In this document: piece after piece, positions 1 through 8,897 of the stretch
How the letters are laid out: each line of letters opens with the position of its first letter
Numbering within the stretch: position 1 is the stretch's first letter
Assembly: GCA_049512315.1 (NCBI GenBank)
Contig: JBEKXF010000024.1
Location: 1 to 54,681, forward strand
Length of the DNA stretch: 54,681 nt
DNA from: Candidatus Aminicenantales bacterium
Lineage (GTDB): Bacteria > Acidobacteriota > Aminicenantia > Aminicenantales > Saccharicenantaceae
Direction of reading: 5' to 3'
Notes under the pieces: generated by a model
Database searches by the model: none
Seen by the model: the letters and a program-made list of their open reading frames with translations, nothing else
What the model was told of the DNA's origin: nothing
Position numbers and translations under genes: made by a program

Positions 1-66
1 AACGTGATCAGTTCCTCTCGCACGGGGCCGGCCCTCCTCCTGTCCGGAGGAGTACCTTAGCCCAAA

Positions 67-119
67 AAAGCGGAAATATTCACGTTGCCCAAAGCGGAAA
101 TTATCACGTTGCCGCAACA
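67..119. mobile_element. IS terminal region with two tandem transposase-binding-like repeats, ending ...CAACA (IS481/ISNCY/IS21-like end)
   Basis: AAAGCGGAAATATTCACGTTGCC (67-89) and AAAGCGGAAATTATCACGTTGCC (91-113), then GCAACA. Confidence 0.5.
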
Positions 120-179
120 CGTGGCATGCCTGATTGGAGGAGAGAGAATTGTAATCGATAAGGAGGTCGACCAACGAGA

Positions 180-752
180 TCAGGGCCGTCGAGGGTGCTT
201 GAGCGACTCGATCCGCTTCAGGTCTAGCTCACCCTTGGCGCCCCAGCCGCGGACTCCGTCCGGGATGTCGGGGCGGAACCGTTCGTAAAGCGAAAAGGCG
301 ACCGCGGCGAGCTCGTCCGGCTTGAAGGATTCCGCTAGGGCTTTCAAGGCTTTTTCTACGGTCGGGAGCGTCGGGCCGAATTTTTGTTCGAGATAGCGTT
401 CGACGCCCTCAGCTCTGATAGGTTTATCCTTGACTACGGCTCGGACGCCCTCGCCCGTCGTTTTGGCAGGAACGGCGCGTCCGAGAAGCTCGACCCGGAA
501 TTCTTCCCCGAGTCCGGCCCCCCTGAGCGGGAGGCCTTCAGGGTGTTCTGCCGGCTTGAAGATGCCTAGGCTCCGGCCTTTCGACTGGGCGTTAAGCCCG
601 GCCAGGGCTTTGCCGAGCGACAGCGCGGCTCGATGATCGAACCCCAGGCGTTCCGCGACGATGGCGGCCCAGAGCATCAACACTGGGGCCCGATTCACGA
701 GGACCATATAACGGCTCGAGAGCGTCCTCGGCTGTGCGTATGGTTTCATCAT
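180..752 (-). CDS. conserved hypothetical protein (NRAPVLxLWAAxVAERLG type)
   Basis: Long ORF with protein-like composition; start could be ATG 752, 749 or 707. Confidence 0.7.
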   Translation of the reverse strand: MMKPYAQPRTLSSRYMVLVNRAPVLMLWAAIVAERLGFDHRAALSLGKALAGLNAQSKGRSLGIFKPAEHPEGLPLRGAGLGEEFRVELLGRAVPAKTTGEGVRAVVKDKPIRAEGVERYLEQKFGPTLPTVEKALKALAESFKPDELAAVAFSLYERFRPDIPDGVRGWGAKGELDLKRIESLKHPRRP

Positions 753-767
753 CTTCGCGGCTTCAAC

Positions 768-814
768 TGACCTGTCCCCGCCCAATGTACTACCCCTGAA
801 GTGAATTTTCTAAG
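768..814 (-). repeat. IS3-like terminus, type A (TGACCTGCCCC-N-TGTACCACCCCTGAAGTGAGATTTTCAAG family)
   Basis: Aligns by eye with 1282-1330, 11140-11184, 11381-11427, 34898-34944 and the reverse complement of 8762-8808. Confidence 0.75.
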
Positions 815-823
815 CATCTAGAA

Positions 824-922
824 ACGCCGAGCGCGTCGCTGCCATGCACCCCATTACCCTTGACAAGCGTCTCATCCATCCCAGGCCGGAGCGGAAAGAG
901 GACAAGGCTGGCCGGAACCGCC
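824..922 (+). repeat. orphan gene-3'-end repeat, copy 1 (AERVAAMHPITLDKRLIHPRPERKED)
   Basis: Homologous to 1336-1432 and 3171-3265. Confidence 0.8.
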
Positions 923-927
923 GGGCC

Positions 928-957
928 AAAGCCCCGCTAGAAGGCAGGGCTTTTTTT
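928..957 (+). terminator. rho-independent terminator
   Basis: AAAGCCCCGC-loop-GCAGGGCTTTTTTT. Confidence 0.65.
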
Positions 958-1022
958 ATATTGCCAGTAAGATTTGCAGGGGTAGGTCAGCTCACAGAGC
1001 TTCCAACCTCCTCTTTTCCTCC

Positions 1023-1238
1023 TCACCTTGCTTCCCGGTACGACGTAACGTTGCGTCCGCAGGTCGCGCACCGACCCTCGAATAACCGTCGATCGCCGAG
1101 GTTGACGGTCTCGTAGACCGTAACCTTGGACGAGCAGTGCGGACAGTCGATCTCCTGTACCGGGAGGTTTGCCTTCGCTCGCTCCATCTCCTGTTGGATG
1201 TCGGTGAGCCGATCCAGCACGTTTTCCTTTTCGGTCAT
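1023..1238 (-). CDS. small zinc-ribbon protein (CPHC...CATC)
   Basis: ATG at 1238 preceded by GGGAGG; two CxxC motifs. Confidence 0.6.
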   Translation of the reverse strand: MTEKENVLDRLTDIQQEMERAKANLPVQEIDCPHCSSKVTVYETVNLGDRRLFEGRCATCGRNVTSYREAR

Positions 1239-1281
1239 CTCTTCCTCCCAATGCCTTATTATTGCTTTTGCGATCCTATAT

Positions 1282-1330
1282 TGACCTGCCCTCATGCTAA
1301 CTGTACCACCCCTGAAATGAGATTTTCAAG
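1282..1330 (-). repeat. IS3-like terminus, type A
   Basis: TGACCTGCCCTCATGCTAACTGTACCACCCCTGAAATGAGATTTTCAAG. Confidence 0.75.
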
Positions 1331-1335
1331 CAAGT

Positions 1336-1432
1336 ACGCCGAGCGAGTCGCTGGGAAGCACCCCGTGACGCTCGACCGCCGCTTCATCCACCCCAGGCCC
1401 GAGCAGAAGGAGGAGTGAGCCGGCCGGTCCCG
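1336..1432 (+). repeat. orphan gene-3'-end repeat, copy 2 (AERVAGKHPVTLDRRFIHPRPEQKEE*)
   Basis: Homologous to 824-922 and 3171-3265. Confidence 0.8.
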
Positions 1433-1470
1433 CCCTCAGGAACAACGACCCCCTAGGCAAGGTCTGCCAG

Positions 1471-1514
1471 AAAACTCATATCATGTCTGGGCTAATATTA
1501 AGGGATGAGATCCA
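1471..1514 (+). repeat. IS3-like terminus, type B (AAACTCACATTATGTCTGGACCATTTTTCAGGGATGAGGTCCA family)
   Basis: Aligns with 8717-8759, 11430-11472, 28888-28930 and the reverse complements of 35003-35044 and 40277-40316. Confidence 0.65.
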
Positions 1515-1585
1515 TGCATTGCTTGGTTAGACAGCCTTTATCTTTCAAGACTGGGTAACCATTTGTCAATCGATTATCAAACCAT

Positions 1586-2017
1586 TCAGCTTCTTTTCCA
1601 AATCAGGTGACCAGTCTGCTCGGTCCCCTCTACCAGCAGGGGTTGGGTACTTAGGATCAACCGATCACCATCAAATTTATACAAACGTTCCTGGTCTCTC
1701 CCAGTCCAATTTGGGAATAAACTTACTTCAATATGGTGGATAACTTTGTTGCCACGGATTTCATACTTGCCGCAATATGAAAAGTAGGTATCAAACGCCA
1801 ATGCTTTTTCCTCGACACTGCCTGCAAGGAGATCCTCAGTATGGAAGTGCGGGCGTCCACTTCTCATGAATGCAACGGACACGTACCCATCCAGACTATA
1901 AATAATGTACCCATTAACGTTTTGTCCGAATGGATAATTGATCTGACCATTCGCGCTTCTGAGTTCAAAGGATATCAGCCTCCAAGAGCCGATGAAAGTG
2001 TTTTCCGTCATTCTCAT
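1586..2017 (-). CDS. lipocalin-like domain protein
   Basis: FIGSWRLISFE...GYIIYSLDGYVSV...YFSYCGKY...SLFPNWTGRDQER pattern. Confidence 0.8.
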   Translation of the reverse strand: MRMTENTFIGSWRLISFELRSANGQINYPFGQNVNGYIIYSLDGYVSVAFMRSGRPHFHTEDLLAGSVEEKALAFDTYFSYCGKYEIRGNKVIHHIEVSLFPNWTGRDQERLYKFDGDRLILSTQPLLVEGTEQTGHLIWKRS

Positions 2018-2048
2018 TTCTCCTGTATATCGTTCTATGATCTAAGAG

Positions 2049-2957
2049 TTACTCTCCGCCCTTTAACCAGGATGGATTTTGGTAAGAAGGATTGGGATAA
2101 GTGTAGAAACCTTTGCCTGTCTTGACGCCCAGTTCACCTTTTTCAATCTTATCTAACAGGATTCGGGGAGGGGCATCGGATTCATCACCTGACTCATGAT
2201 AATATACCATTTCAATATCGCGTACTACATCGAGCCCCACCATATCCATCATGCCAAATGGGCCAGCCGGCTGGCTATTGGCGATCATCCAGGCACGGTC
2301 CACATCTTCATGAGAAGCCACGCCCTCGTCAACAAGATGCAGACATTCTTTCTTGATCGCTCGCCATACTCGGTTGAAGATAAAGCCAGTACTCTCTTTA
2401 CGCACAAGCAGCGGAGTCAAACCAATCGTATGTGCAAAACGAACTGCAATTTCAATCGTCTCGTTTGACGTGGCCGTACCCCGCATCAGCTCTAACAATG
2501 TCCGTTGCCAAACCGGGGGGTAGAAATGCATATTGAGGACTTTGTCAGTTCGGTGGGTTGCGCTCTCAATGGCTGAGATGCGAAGAGATGAACTGTTCGT
2601 CGCCAAAATGGTACGACTAGGACAAACTTCATCTAACTGAGCAAAAACTGCCCGTTTGACTGCTAGATGTTCGGGCACGGACTCGATCGCTAATCCAGCG
2701 TTAGACACTCCTGTCTGCAACTCCGTGGTGAAGTGGATACGGCCGAGAATAACCTCCTTTTCACCCAGAGTGATTTTCCCCTTTTCGAGCCATTTGTCTA
2801 GTTCTTGAGAATGGCGCTGTGCTGCTCGTTGTAAGCTTTCCTCAAGACTGTCAACAAACCAGACAATATAGCCATGAGTTGCACACTGAAGCCCAATCTG
2901 CGTTCCCATAAATCCAGCGCCGATAATACAGATTGTGTCAGAGGATTCTGTTTTCAT
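2049..2957 (-). CDS. 3-hydroxyacyl-CoA dehydrogenase family protein
   Basis: GAGFMG Rossmann motif, ATNSSS, MHF, GFIFNR, GELGVKTGKGFY. Confidence 0.92.
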   Translation of the reverse strand: MKTESSDTICIIGAGFMGTQIGLQCATHGYIVWFVDSLEESLQRAAQRHSQELDKWLEKGKITLGEKEVILGRIHFTTELQTGVSNAGLAIESVPEHLAVKRAVFAQLDEVCPSRTILATNSSSLRISAIESATHRTDKVLNMHFYPPVWQRTLLELMRGTATSNETIEIAVRFAHTIGLTPLLVRKESTGFIFNRVWRAIKKECLHLVDEGVASHEDVDRAWMIANSQPAGPFGMMDMVGLDVVRDIEMVYYHESGDESDAPPRILLDKIEKGELGVKTGKGFYTYPNPSYQNPSWLKGGE

Positions 2958-3170
2958 AATCGTTACACTCCTTCTAATCAAAACAGAAGATTGATCCTGT
3001 TACACTCAAATTGATGGGGATTTCCTTTTTTGTACGGCGTGAAATCGCTACTCGCCGGCCGGAATCAACCCTTCCCATCACGCAAAGAAGATAGCCCGGC
3101 CGTGGGTAGGAGTCAAGAACTCAAGATTCAGCTGGCCGGGGCCTTCGGCGCGCGAATTGTCGGGCGGAAC

Positions 3171-3265
3171 GGCCGAGAAGGGCGCCAAACACCCCGTGAC
3201 GCTGGACAAGCGTTTCATCCACCCCAGGCCGAAACAGCAGGAGGATTAGCCGGCCGGGCCCGCTG
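3171..3265 (+). repeat. orphan gene-3'-end repeat, copy 3 (AEKGAKHPVTLDKRFIHPRPKQQED*), followed by a hairpin at ~3273-3297
   Basis: Homologous to copies 1 and 2. Confidence 0.8.
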
Positions 3266-3432
3266 GACCCCAAGCCCCGCTCGTCAGGCGGGGGCTCGCT
3301 TGTTGATTCCGAGAAGACAATAGCGTCACCGTCCACAACCGAGCCAGACGCAGGGGTTGTTATCATCCGTTCAATTTTGTAAATGAACCGGGGCGAATAA
3401 TCGTATAATCCCATATAAGAGGAACCAGCCTG

Positions 3433-4062
3433 ATGGAAGACGTTGAAGCCGTCGTCCGCTGCCTCAAAGGAGAAAAGGACGCATTCGAGTTCCTGGTCAG
3501 GAAATACCAGGCTCCCCTCCTTGCCCTAGGTGCCAACATCCTTGGGAACCTTGAGGAGGCCAGGGATGTCACTCAAGATATTTTTTTTCTGGCCTTCCTG
3601 AAACTGGGAGATTTCGACCGCAGCCGGAGCTTCAAGAACCGGAGCTTCAAGAATTGGTTGTATGCCATTGCCGTCCATAAATGCATCGACCGGAGGCGAA
3701 GGCTGCGCAATTTCTTACGCAAGGTCATTGGGCCTGACGGAACCGCGGGCGCCTGGGTGGGAGCCACGGCTCTCAGGCAGGGGGTAGACCGGGAGCATCC
3801 GCCGGAGGCAGAGAGTTCGCGGGAAGCGGACCCGGACGGCGGCCCGGCCGGGACAGGCCTTTTTGGATGGAGGATGGACGGCCTGTTGAAGCGTTTGAGC
3901 CTGAAGGAGAGGACGGCCCTCGTCCTGTCGGTCGTCGACGGGTACAGCGCCGCGGAAACGGGACGGATAATGAACTGTTCGGAGAATACGGTCCGCGTCC
4001 ATCTCTTCAGGGCCAGAGCGAAACTAAGGGAGTACGTGAAGGAGAACGGAGATGCGCTGTGA
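3433..4062 (+). CDS. ECF RNA polymerase sigma factor
   Basis: AFEFLVRKYQ...ARDVTQDIF...NWLYAIAVHKCID region 2; TVRVHLFRARAKL region 4. Confidence 0.9.
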   Translation: MEDVEAVVRCLKGEKDAFEFLVRKYQAPLLALGANILGNLEEARDVTQDIFFLAFLKLGDFDRSRSFKNRSFKNWLYAIAVHKCIDRRRRLRNFLRKVIGPDGTAGAWVGATALRQGVDREHPPEAESSREADPDGGPAGTGLFGWRMDGLLKRLSLKERTALVLSVVDGYSAAETGRIMNCSENTVRVHLFRARAKLREYVKENGDAL

Positions 4063-4588
4063 ACGATATAGAGACCTGTACCGCCGGCTTCCCTGGCTCA
4101 GGACGATCCTGATAAGGAAGCATTTCATCCGCTGCGAGGAGTGCCGCCGGGAATGGGAGGCGGGAATCGATGACGGCCCGTTCTTCCGAGCCGACGATCT
4201 CGGAGGCGAGGACCTGTGGCCGGCCCTGCGGGAAAGGCTTTTTTCTCTCGGACAGCCGGCGGCCGGCCGGCCAGCCGGAACGCACAGAACGCGAGCGCGT
4301 CTCCGGGCCAGAAGGATAGGCCCGGCGTTCGCCCCGGTCCTCATATTGGTTCTCGCGGTCCTGGTCACAGTCTCGTATTTCGGGCTCAGGTCGTTGAGAA
4401 CCGTATTGAACTCGGAACGGCAAGCCGGTCTCCGGCCTGTGGCGCCCGAAGTCCTTGCGACGGCCTCAAGCCCCAGGCCGGCCATCTTTCAGGCTTTCAT
4501 CGAGGGGAAAAGAGCCAGGGTCTTGATCTATGTCGAACCGAAGAACCCGCATATCTCGCTCTTCTGGCTCGAACCTTCAAAGGAATGA
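4052..4588 (+). CDS. putative zinc-binding, membrane-anchored anti-sigma factor
   Basis: HFIRCEEC (HxxxCxxC) plus a TM segment; overlaps the sigma stop codon. Confidence 0.65.
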   Translation: MRCERYRDLYRRLPWLRTILIRKHFIRCEECRREWEAGIDDGPFFRADDLGGEDLWPALRERLFSLGQPAAGRPAGTHRTRARLRARRIGPAFAPVLILVLAVLVTVSYFGLRSLRTVLNSERQAGLRPVAPEVLATASSPRPAIFQAFIEGKRARVLIYVEPKNPHISLFWLEPSKE

Positions 4589-4655
4589 TGTGATGAGCAG
4601 GAAATCCAGCCGGAAACGGACGGTGATAAAGGACGACAATGGAAGGAGACAATAA

Positions 4656-5672
4656 ATGAAAAAGAAAGCCATCCTCGTCTTCATTTTGGGCATATTGCTC
4701 TTCGGCAGCGGCCTCTTCGGAATCGAAAAACAAGTATATTTCGATCTTCGATTATATAAAGCCGTCCCGGCCGACGGGGCCACGGTTTTCATCCGCTGGA
4801 AGACCGCTAAAGTCGATGCCGAGGGTCCGAATGCCAGCTATTTCTATACGGCCAACGTCAAGGGATCGGACCAACGGGCCGAAGAAGCCGAGATAAAGAA
4901 GGTCTTCAAAGTCAGGGAATTGGCAGCCGTCGCTCAAAGCCAACACCGCATCGGATTCAACCCGGACATGATACGGGATAAAAAATCGAATGATTACTTC
5001 ATCGGCTGGTGGGAAGGCTATTACGGCATAGAGGGGCCGCTCCTCGAGGTCACCCTCTCGGACGGGAAAAGGTACGACATGCGGATAATCCCACTTGATG
5101 TCGATAACGCGCCTTACAGATTCAAGCTCCAGATCCACGAGCCGCCGTTCAGGACGACCGAGAAGGGCTCTCAAAGCTCTCCCGGGGGCGTGGGGGCCTC
5201 AGTCCCGCAGGTCTTCTACGTGGATGTCGAATTCTCCCTGACCATAGGCGACACGACAATCATAGGCTTCGCCGACTCCAAGGACACTCCATATTTCCTG
5301 TCCATTTATCTCGACGGGGTCGGCGGCAAATTGGACCTAGGGGGAAACCATCCGGCCGGAATTGTCGAAATTCTGCCCGGTGAAGCCAAGGCCAAGCAGC
5401 CGGAGATGGTCAGGATCCTCGCCCCAGAGTATCCAGAGAGCTGCCGGTTGAAGGGCATAGAAGGCTCGGTCGGCCTGGAAGTCTCCGTGGACGCCGCGGG
5501 CCGGCCGACGGACATCAAGGTCGTCAAGAGCGCTCACCCAGACCTAGACAAGGCAGCGGTCGCCGCGGTCAAGCAATGGCTGTTCAAGCCCTTGCTGGTC
5601 GAGGGCAAGCCCAAAGCCGCGGTCTACGCTATGGCCATCGATTTCAAAATGAAGGATACGGAACGGAAGTGA
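4656..5672 (+). CDS. signal-peptide protein with TonB C-terminal domain
   Basis: Signal peptide; PEYPESCRLKGIEGSVGLEVSVD...LDKAAVAAVKQWLFKP. Confidence 0.85.
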   Translation: MKKKAILVFILGILLFGSGLFGIEKQVYFDLRLYKAVPADGATVFIRWKTAKVDAEGPNASYFYTANVKGSDQRAEEAEIKKVFKVRELAAVAQSQHRIGFNPDMIRDKKSNDYFIGWWEGYYGIEGPLLEVTLSDGKRYDMRIIPLDVDNAPYRFKLQIHEPPFRTTEKGSQSSPGGVGASVPQVFYVDVEFSLTIGDTTIIGFADSKDTPYFLSIYLDGVGGKLDLGGNHPAGIVEILPGEAKAKQPEMVRILAPEYPESCRLKGIEGSVGLEVSVDAAGRPTDIKVVKSAHPDLDKAAVAAVKQWLFKPLLVEGKPKAAVYAMAIDFKMKDTERK

Positions 5673-5759
5673 GCGGCGGGGCGCCCGGCCGCAGCTCTCA
5701 TCGGTGACAACGGGGAACGGTTCCCCGATGCGGTCCGATGTCTCGGAGAGGGCCTCGAG

Positions 5760-5901
5760 TGACCTGCCCGCTAAAATCGGTCCAGGTAAAACGAGAAAAA
5801 CCTTTGGGAAAGGAGTCCCGATGGCCAGGGTACGGTTCACTCCGGAACAGATCATTGGCAAGCTGCGTGAGGCCACCCTGGGAGTATCGGAGGGTTCATA
5901 G
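5760..5901 (+). mobile_element. IS3-family (IS407-like) left end with truncated orfA
   Basis: TGACCTGCCCGCTAAAATCGGTCC, RBS, then ATG 5821 MARVRFTPEQIIGKLREA. Confidence 0.8.
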
Positions 5902-6485
5902 GAGGCAGGGGGAGAGCCTGCAGAGCCGGCCTCCCCTACTGGTGCGGGACGCCGTGGGTGGCGGAGATATGTCTCACTGTTAAAAAAGATATGGGCCTAC
6001 TGTTCTTCAAAAACGATTCCGGCAGAAACGGGGACGCCCGAATTCTCCCCTGTTGGACCGCATCTGGCTTCCTTTTCTTGCATTTACAGATCTTGATGGT
6101 TTGATCACGTTTAGGCTAGACTGAGCTATTTTGAGCAAGAGTTTGTACAATCTCTGCTCAATTTTTTGAGGGTATCGAGCCAATTACGGTGGGGTGGTCT
6201 GCCCCGGTCGCTTAACCACATCCTTCGGCCCGACGGAGGGCCAGGCCTCTCCCCCCGGCTTGAGAGCGCCCGCCCTGCGTGATCCTGGGCGTCCGGGCGC
6301 AGCTCGTCTCGTTTCCTGCCATGATGCCCCGGCCTCCGGTGTTCTCCCCTGCACAGGCAGTCCATGGGGCGGGTCTCCGGCCGTAAACGTTCTGGTCAGG
6401 GAATTCTGCCGTTGCCTCACTGTCGGGATTGCAGTAATATAAGAGGGGTGGAAATTTATAATAATACCCGTGGAAATGAGAACGA

Positions 6486-7220
6486 ATGGCCGAGCAACGG
6501 CATCTAAGAAATGCTCCTATTACAGAAGCCCTAATTGATATCCGAATAAGGATAAAAGAGGGCTTCGATGTTAGCAGGCTTCTTTCTCTTCATCAACATG
6601 TTGCGGCACAATATCCAGAGAAAAACGAGCGCTTCAGGTGGGAGGGCAAATTCAACGTAGCGAAGGGTGAGCCACCTGCATCTGCAGGCACAACGGTAGA
6701 TGGCTATTTATTTATTGCGGCCGATAAGAAACAAATTTTTCAGTCGAGGCTAGATGGTTTTACGTTCAATAGATTAATGCCCTATGATAAATGGGAGACT
6801 TTCCGCCTAGAAGCACATAGGTTATGGCAGTTATATAGTGATCTGATCTCTCCTGAAATTATTAGAGTAGCTGTGCGTTATATAAACAAAATGAATATCC
6901 CGCTACCAATAGCCAAGTTTACCGACTATTTAGTGGCTGCTCCGATTGTGCCCGAAGGTTTGCCTCAAGGAGTTTCTAGCTTCTTAACCCGAGTCGTTAT
7001 GCCTAGTCCCGAAACGGGTGTAATAACGATCATTACGCAGGCGTTTGAACAGGTCGTAGAGCCGCAGGTTCTTCCAATTATTTTAGATATCGACGTTTTC
7101 AAGGAGCGGGAGCTATTCAGTGAGAAAGAAGCATGGGACACTCTTGATCTCCTGCGGGAAATAAAAAATAAGGCGTTCTTTTCTAGCATAACTGATAAGG
7201 CTGAGGAGCTATTCAGATGA
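6486..7220 (+). CDS. TIGR04255-family protein
   Basis: HLRNAPITEALIDIR...FTFNRLMPYDKWETF...RVAVRYIN...ILDIDVF...KNKAFFSSIT. Confidence 0.8.
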   Translation: MAEQRHLRNAPITEALIDIRIRIKEGFDVSRLLSLHQHVAAQYPEKNERFRWEGKFNVAKGEPPASAGTTVDGYLFIAADKKQIFQSRLDGFTFNRLMPYDKWETFRLEAHRLWQLYSDLISPEIIRVAVRYINKMNIPLPIAKFTDYLVAAPIVPEGLPQGVSSFLTRVVMPSPETGVITIITQAFEQVVEPQVLPIILDIDVFKERELFSEKEAWDTLDLLREIKNKAFFSSITDKAEELFR

Positions 7221-7732
7221 GCGAAGCTGTATCCTGGATGCCATCAATTTATGCAAGTTATTTGACCGCTCCGAGCGGCGAGGGATTCGACGAGGCTTCA
7301 TCTGCCGAGTTGTATAAGAGAGTGCAAGAAGGGATTTCGCAGTTCCTTGGATCTGAGACCTATACATTTGGAATCGCGTTGGACCTAGTACTTAAAGAAC
7401 TAGATGCCATCTATGAGGAATGTTCAACCGAAGATTGGGATGGCCATGGCGCCTCGCCAATCACCCCCGAAGCTTATTCAGAAGCTGTGTCTTTGATAAT
7501 TTCATTGCCGAGATCGGTGACGATTCCAGAAATAGTGCCTGAGCCGACAGGAGGAATTGGATTTGAATGGTTCGCGGGCAGGAACCAAATATTAGTGATG
7601 ACCGTCCAAGGGAAGAATAAATTAAATTATGCGGGAATATTCGGAGGAAATAAAGTGTGTGGTTCCGAATACTTTGATGGCCCCATGCCTGGGAAGGCAT
7701 TTCAGCAGATAACGCGATTCTTTTCGAGATAG
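7217..7732 (+). CDS. hypothetical protein (WDGHGASPI motif)
   Basis: ATGA overlap with upstream gene; WDGxGAxPI...PEPTGGIGFEW. Confidence 0.75.
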   Translation: MSEAVSWMPSIYASYLTAPSGEGFDEASSAELYKRVQEGISQFLGSETYTFGIALDLVLKELDAIYEECSTEDWDGHGASPITPEAYSEAVSLIISLPRSVTIPEIVPEPTGGIGFEWFAGRNQILVMTVQGKNKLNYAGIFGGNKVCGSEYFDGPMPGKAFQQITRFFSR

Positions 7733-7740
7733 CAGTTTTA

Positions 7741-8136
7741 ATGCCCGTACCGCTCTTGGAAATGCTTGCAAGGTTCATATTTTCTAGGCGACACCTTAGC
7801 CGGTCCGCACGACGAGTTTTGCACGGTGCTTTTATGCCCCCGCGCGATCGGCGCCTTTCTGTTTTTAGGATATCGGGATTAACCGACAGGGAGATATGGC
7901 GCTTGGGCAATTTCGCAGGTGAGCTTCGCACAAAATCTCCTCTAGGACGCGCTAATATCAGGGCGTCATCGGTAGTGGATCAAGGCCTTGGTATCGAGGC
8001 AGATGATGAGCTGGCTAAGCATGCCGAAATCATCGGTTGGCCCGACGATGAAATGAGGATATTAGAGAAGGCCACGGAGCTTGCCGCAGCATCTGTGCTC
8101 ATTATAAATGTGTCCGAAGTGACCCCGAGGGGATGA
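7741..8136 (+). CDS. hypothetical protein, possible ADP-ribosyltransferase-like toxin
   Basis: LARF...AFMP...LSVFR...KHAEIIGWP; third gene of the operon. Confidence 0.5.
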   Translation: MPVPLLEMLARFIFSRRHLSRSARRVLHGAFMPPRDRRLSVFRISGLTDREIWRLGNFAGELRTKSPLGRANIRASSVVDQGLGIEADDELAKHAEIIGWPDDEMRILEKATELAAASVLIINVSEVTPRG

Positions 8137-8158
8137 ATCTCGTGCTCGTAATGTATGC

Positions 8159-8220
8159 TGTCAAGATTTCTATCGTGTTGGGGGCTTAAAGGCCCTTAAA
8201 ACTGCTGAAATTCACTTAAA
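8159..8220 (+). repeat. arm-type att repeat (TGTCAAGATT...CGTGTTG...GCTnAAAGG)
   Basis: Similar to 28606-28665 and 45299-45360. Confidence 0.6.
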
Positions 8221-8276
8221 GCCGGCCCGGGTCCCGAAGCTCGCATTTCGCGGGGGCTCTCGGGGAAAAAACGAGA

Positions 8277-8332
8277 GGTGCCTGAGAGAATTCGAACCTC
8301 CGACCTTTGGATCCGGAGTCCAACGCTCTACC
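8277..8332 (-). pseudogene. tRNA-Arg(CCG) 3' fragment (att-like core)
   Basis: Reverse complement TAGAGCG TTGGA CTCCGGA TCCAA AGGTC GGAGG TTCGAAT TCTCT CAGGCAC; lacks the 5' acceptor strand. Confidence 0.8.
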
Positions 8333-8516
8333 CTCCTGGATATATGGGGAAAACCCAATTTCCAGGAGGAAATGTCTTGTTTTCCTTTACGCACCTTTAG
8401 TCAGAATTAAGCGCGTTTAAGCATTTTTTGTGACATTTTTGTGACAAATGAGCCCAAAATCGGCTCAACAGGGGCTGCGAATATTCCAGCAACCTCTTCA
8501 GAATCAGTGAGTTAAA

Positions 8517-8564
8517 TGAAGTGCCCCTGGCCTGACTCGAACAGGCGACACATGGATTAGGAAT
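8517..8564 (-). repeat. att site: exact 48-bp duplicate of the tRNA-Arg(CCT) 3' half
   Basis: Identical to 45422-45469. Confidence 0.95.
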
Positions 8565-8650
8565 GCACAACGCCGATTTTCTGGAAAGCCTCTAATTATT
8601 TATTTATGAATATTTTACATGGTCTATCAGGGGGACCGTTACCGTAGGGG

Positions 8651-8759
8651 TGTCAACTTTATGTCGTGTTGGATCCGGGATTCCTTGCGTTATTCGTTGG
8701 AAACTAAAAAGCCAATAAACTCACTTTTTGGCTGGATCATTTTTCAGGGCTGAGGTCCA
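8651..8759 (+). repeat. ~110-bp unit: arm-type repeat TGTCAAC..TGTCGTGTTG plus type-B IS3-like terminus
   Basis: Homologous to 28822-28930 and the reverse complement of 40277-40380. Confidence 0.75.
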
Positions 8760-8761
8760 TG

Positions 8762-8808
8762 CTTGAAAATCTCACTTCAGAGGTGGTACATTTAGCGGGG
8801 GCGGGTCA
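8762..8808 (+). promoter_or_regulatory. IS3-like terminus type A carrying an outward-facing promoter (TTGAAA-18-TACATT, extended TG)
   Basis: CTTGAAAATCTCACTTCAGAGGTGGTACATTTAGCGGGGGCGGGTCA upstream of ORF 8898. Confidence 0.55.
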
Positions 8809-8897
8809 AGCTCAATAGCATATGACTGACAATAAAGAAACGGCATGGCCTTTTCTGTTGATCTAGCTACATAAATATCCGTAAGAAGGAGAGCGTT

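Noticed and set aside
768..3297. CRISPR array or integron attC interpretation of the repeats
   Set aside because: Spacing is hundreds of bp and irregular, no cas genes are present, no RYYYAAC/GTTRRRY hairpin architecture is seen, and the integrase shows no evident IntI insertion.
5902..5940. Possible group II intron 3' end (GGGGAG...CTCCCCTAC hairpin)
   Set aside because: No convincing domain V and no reverse transcriptase.
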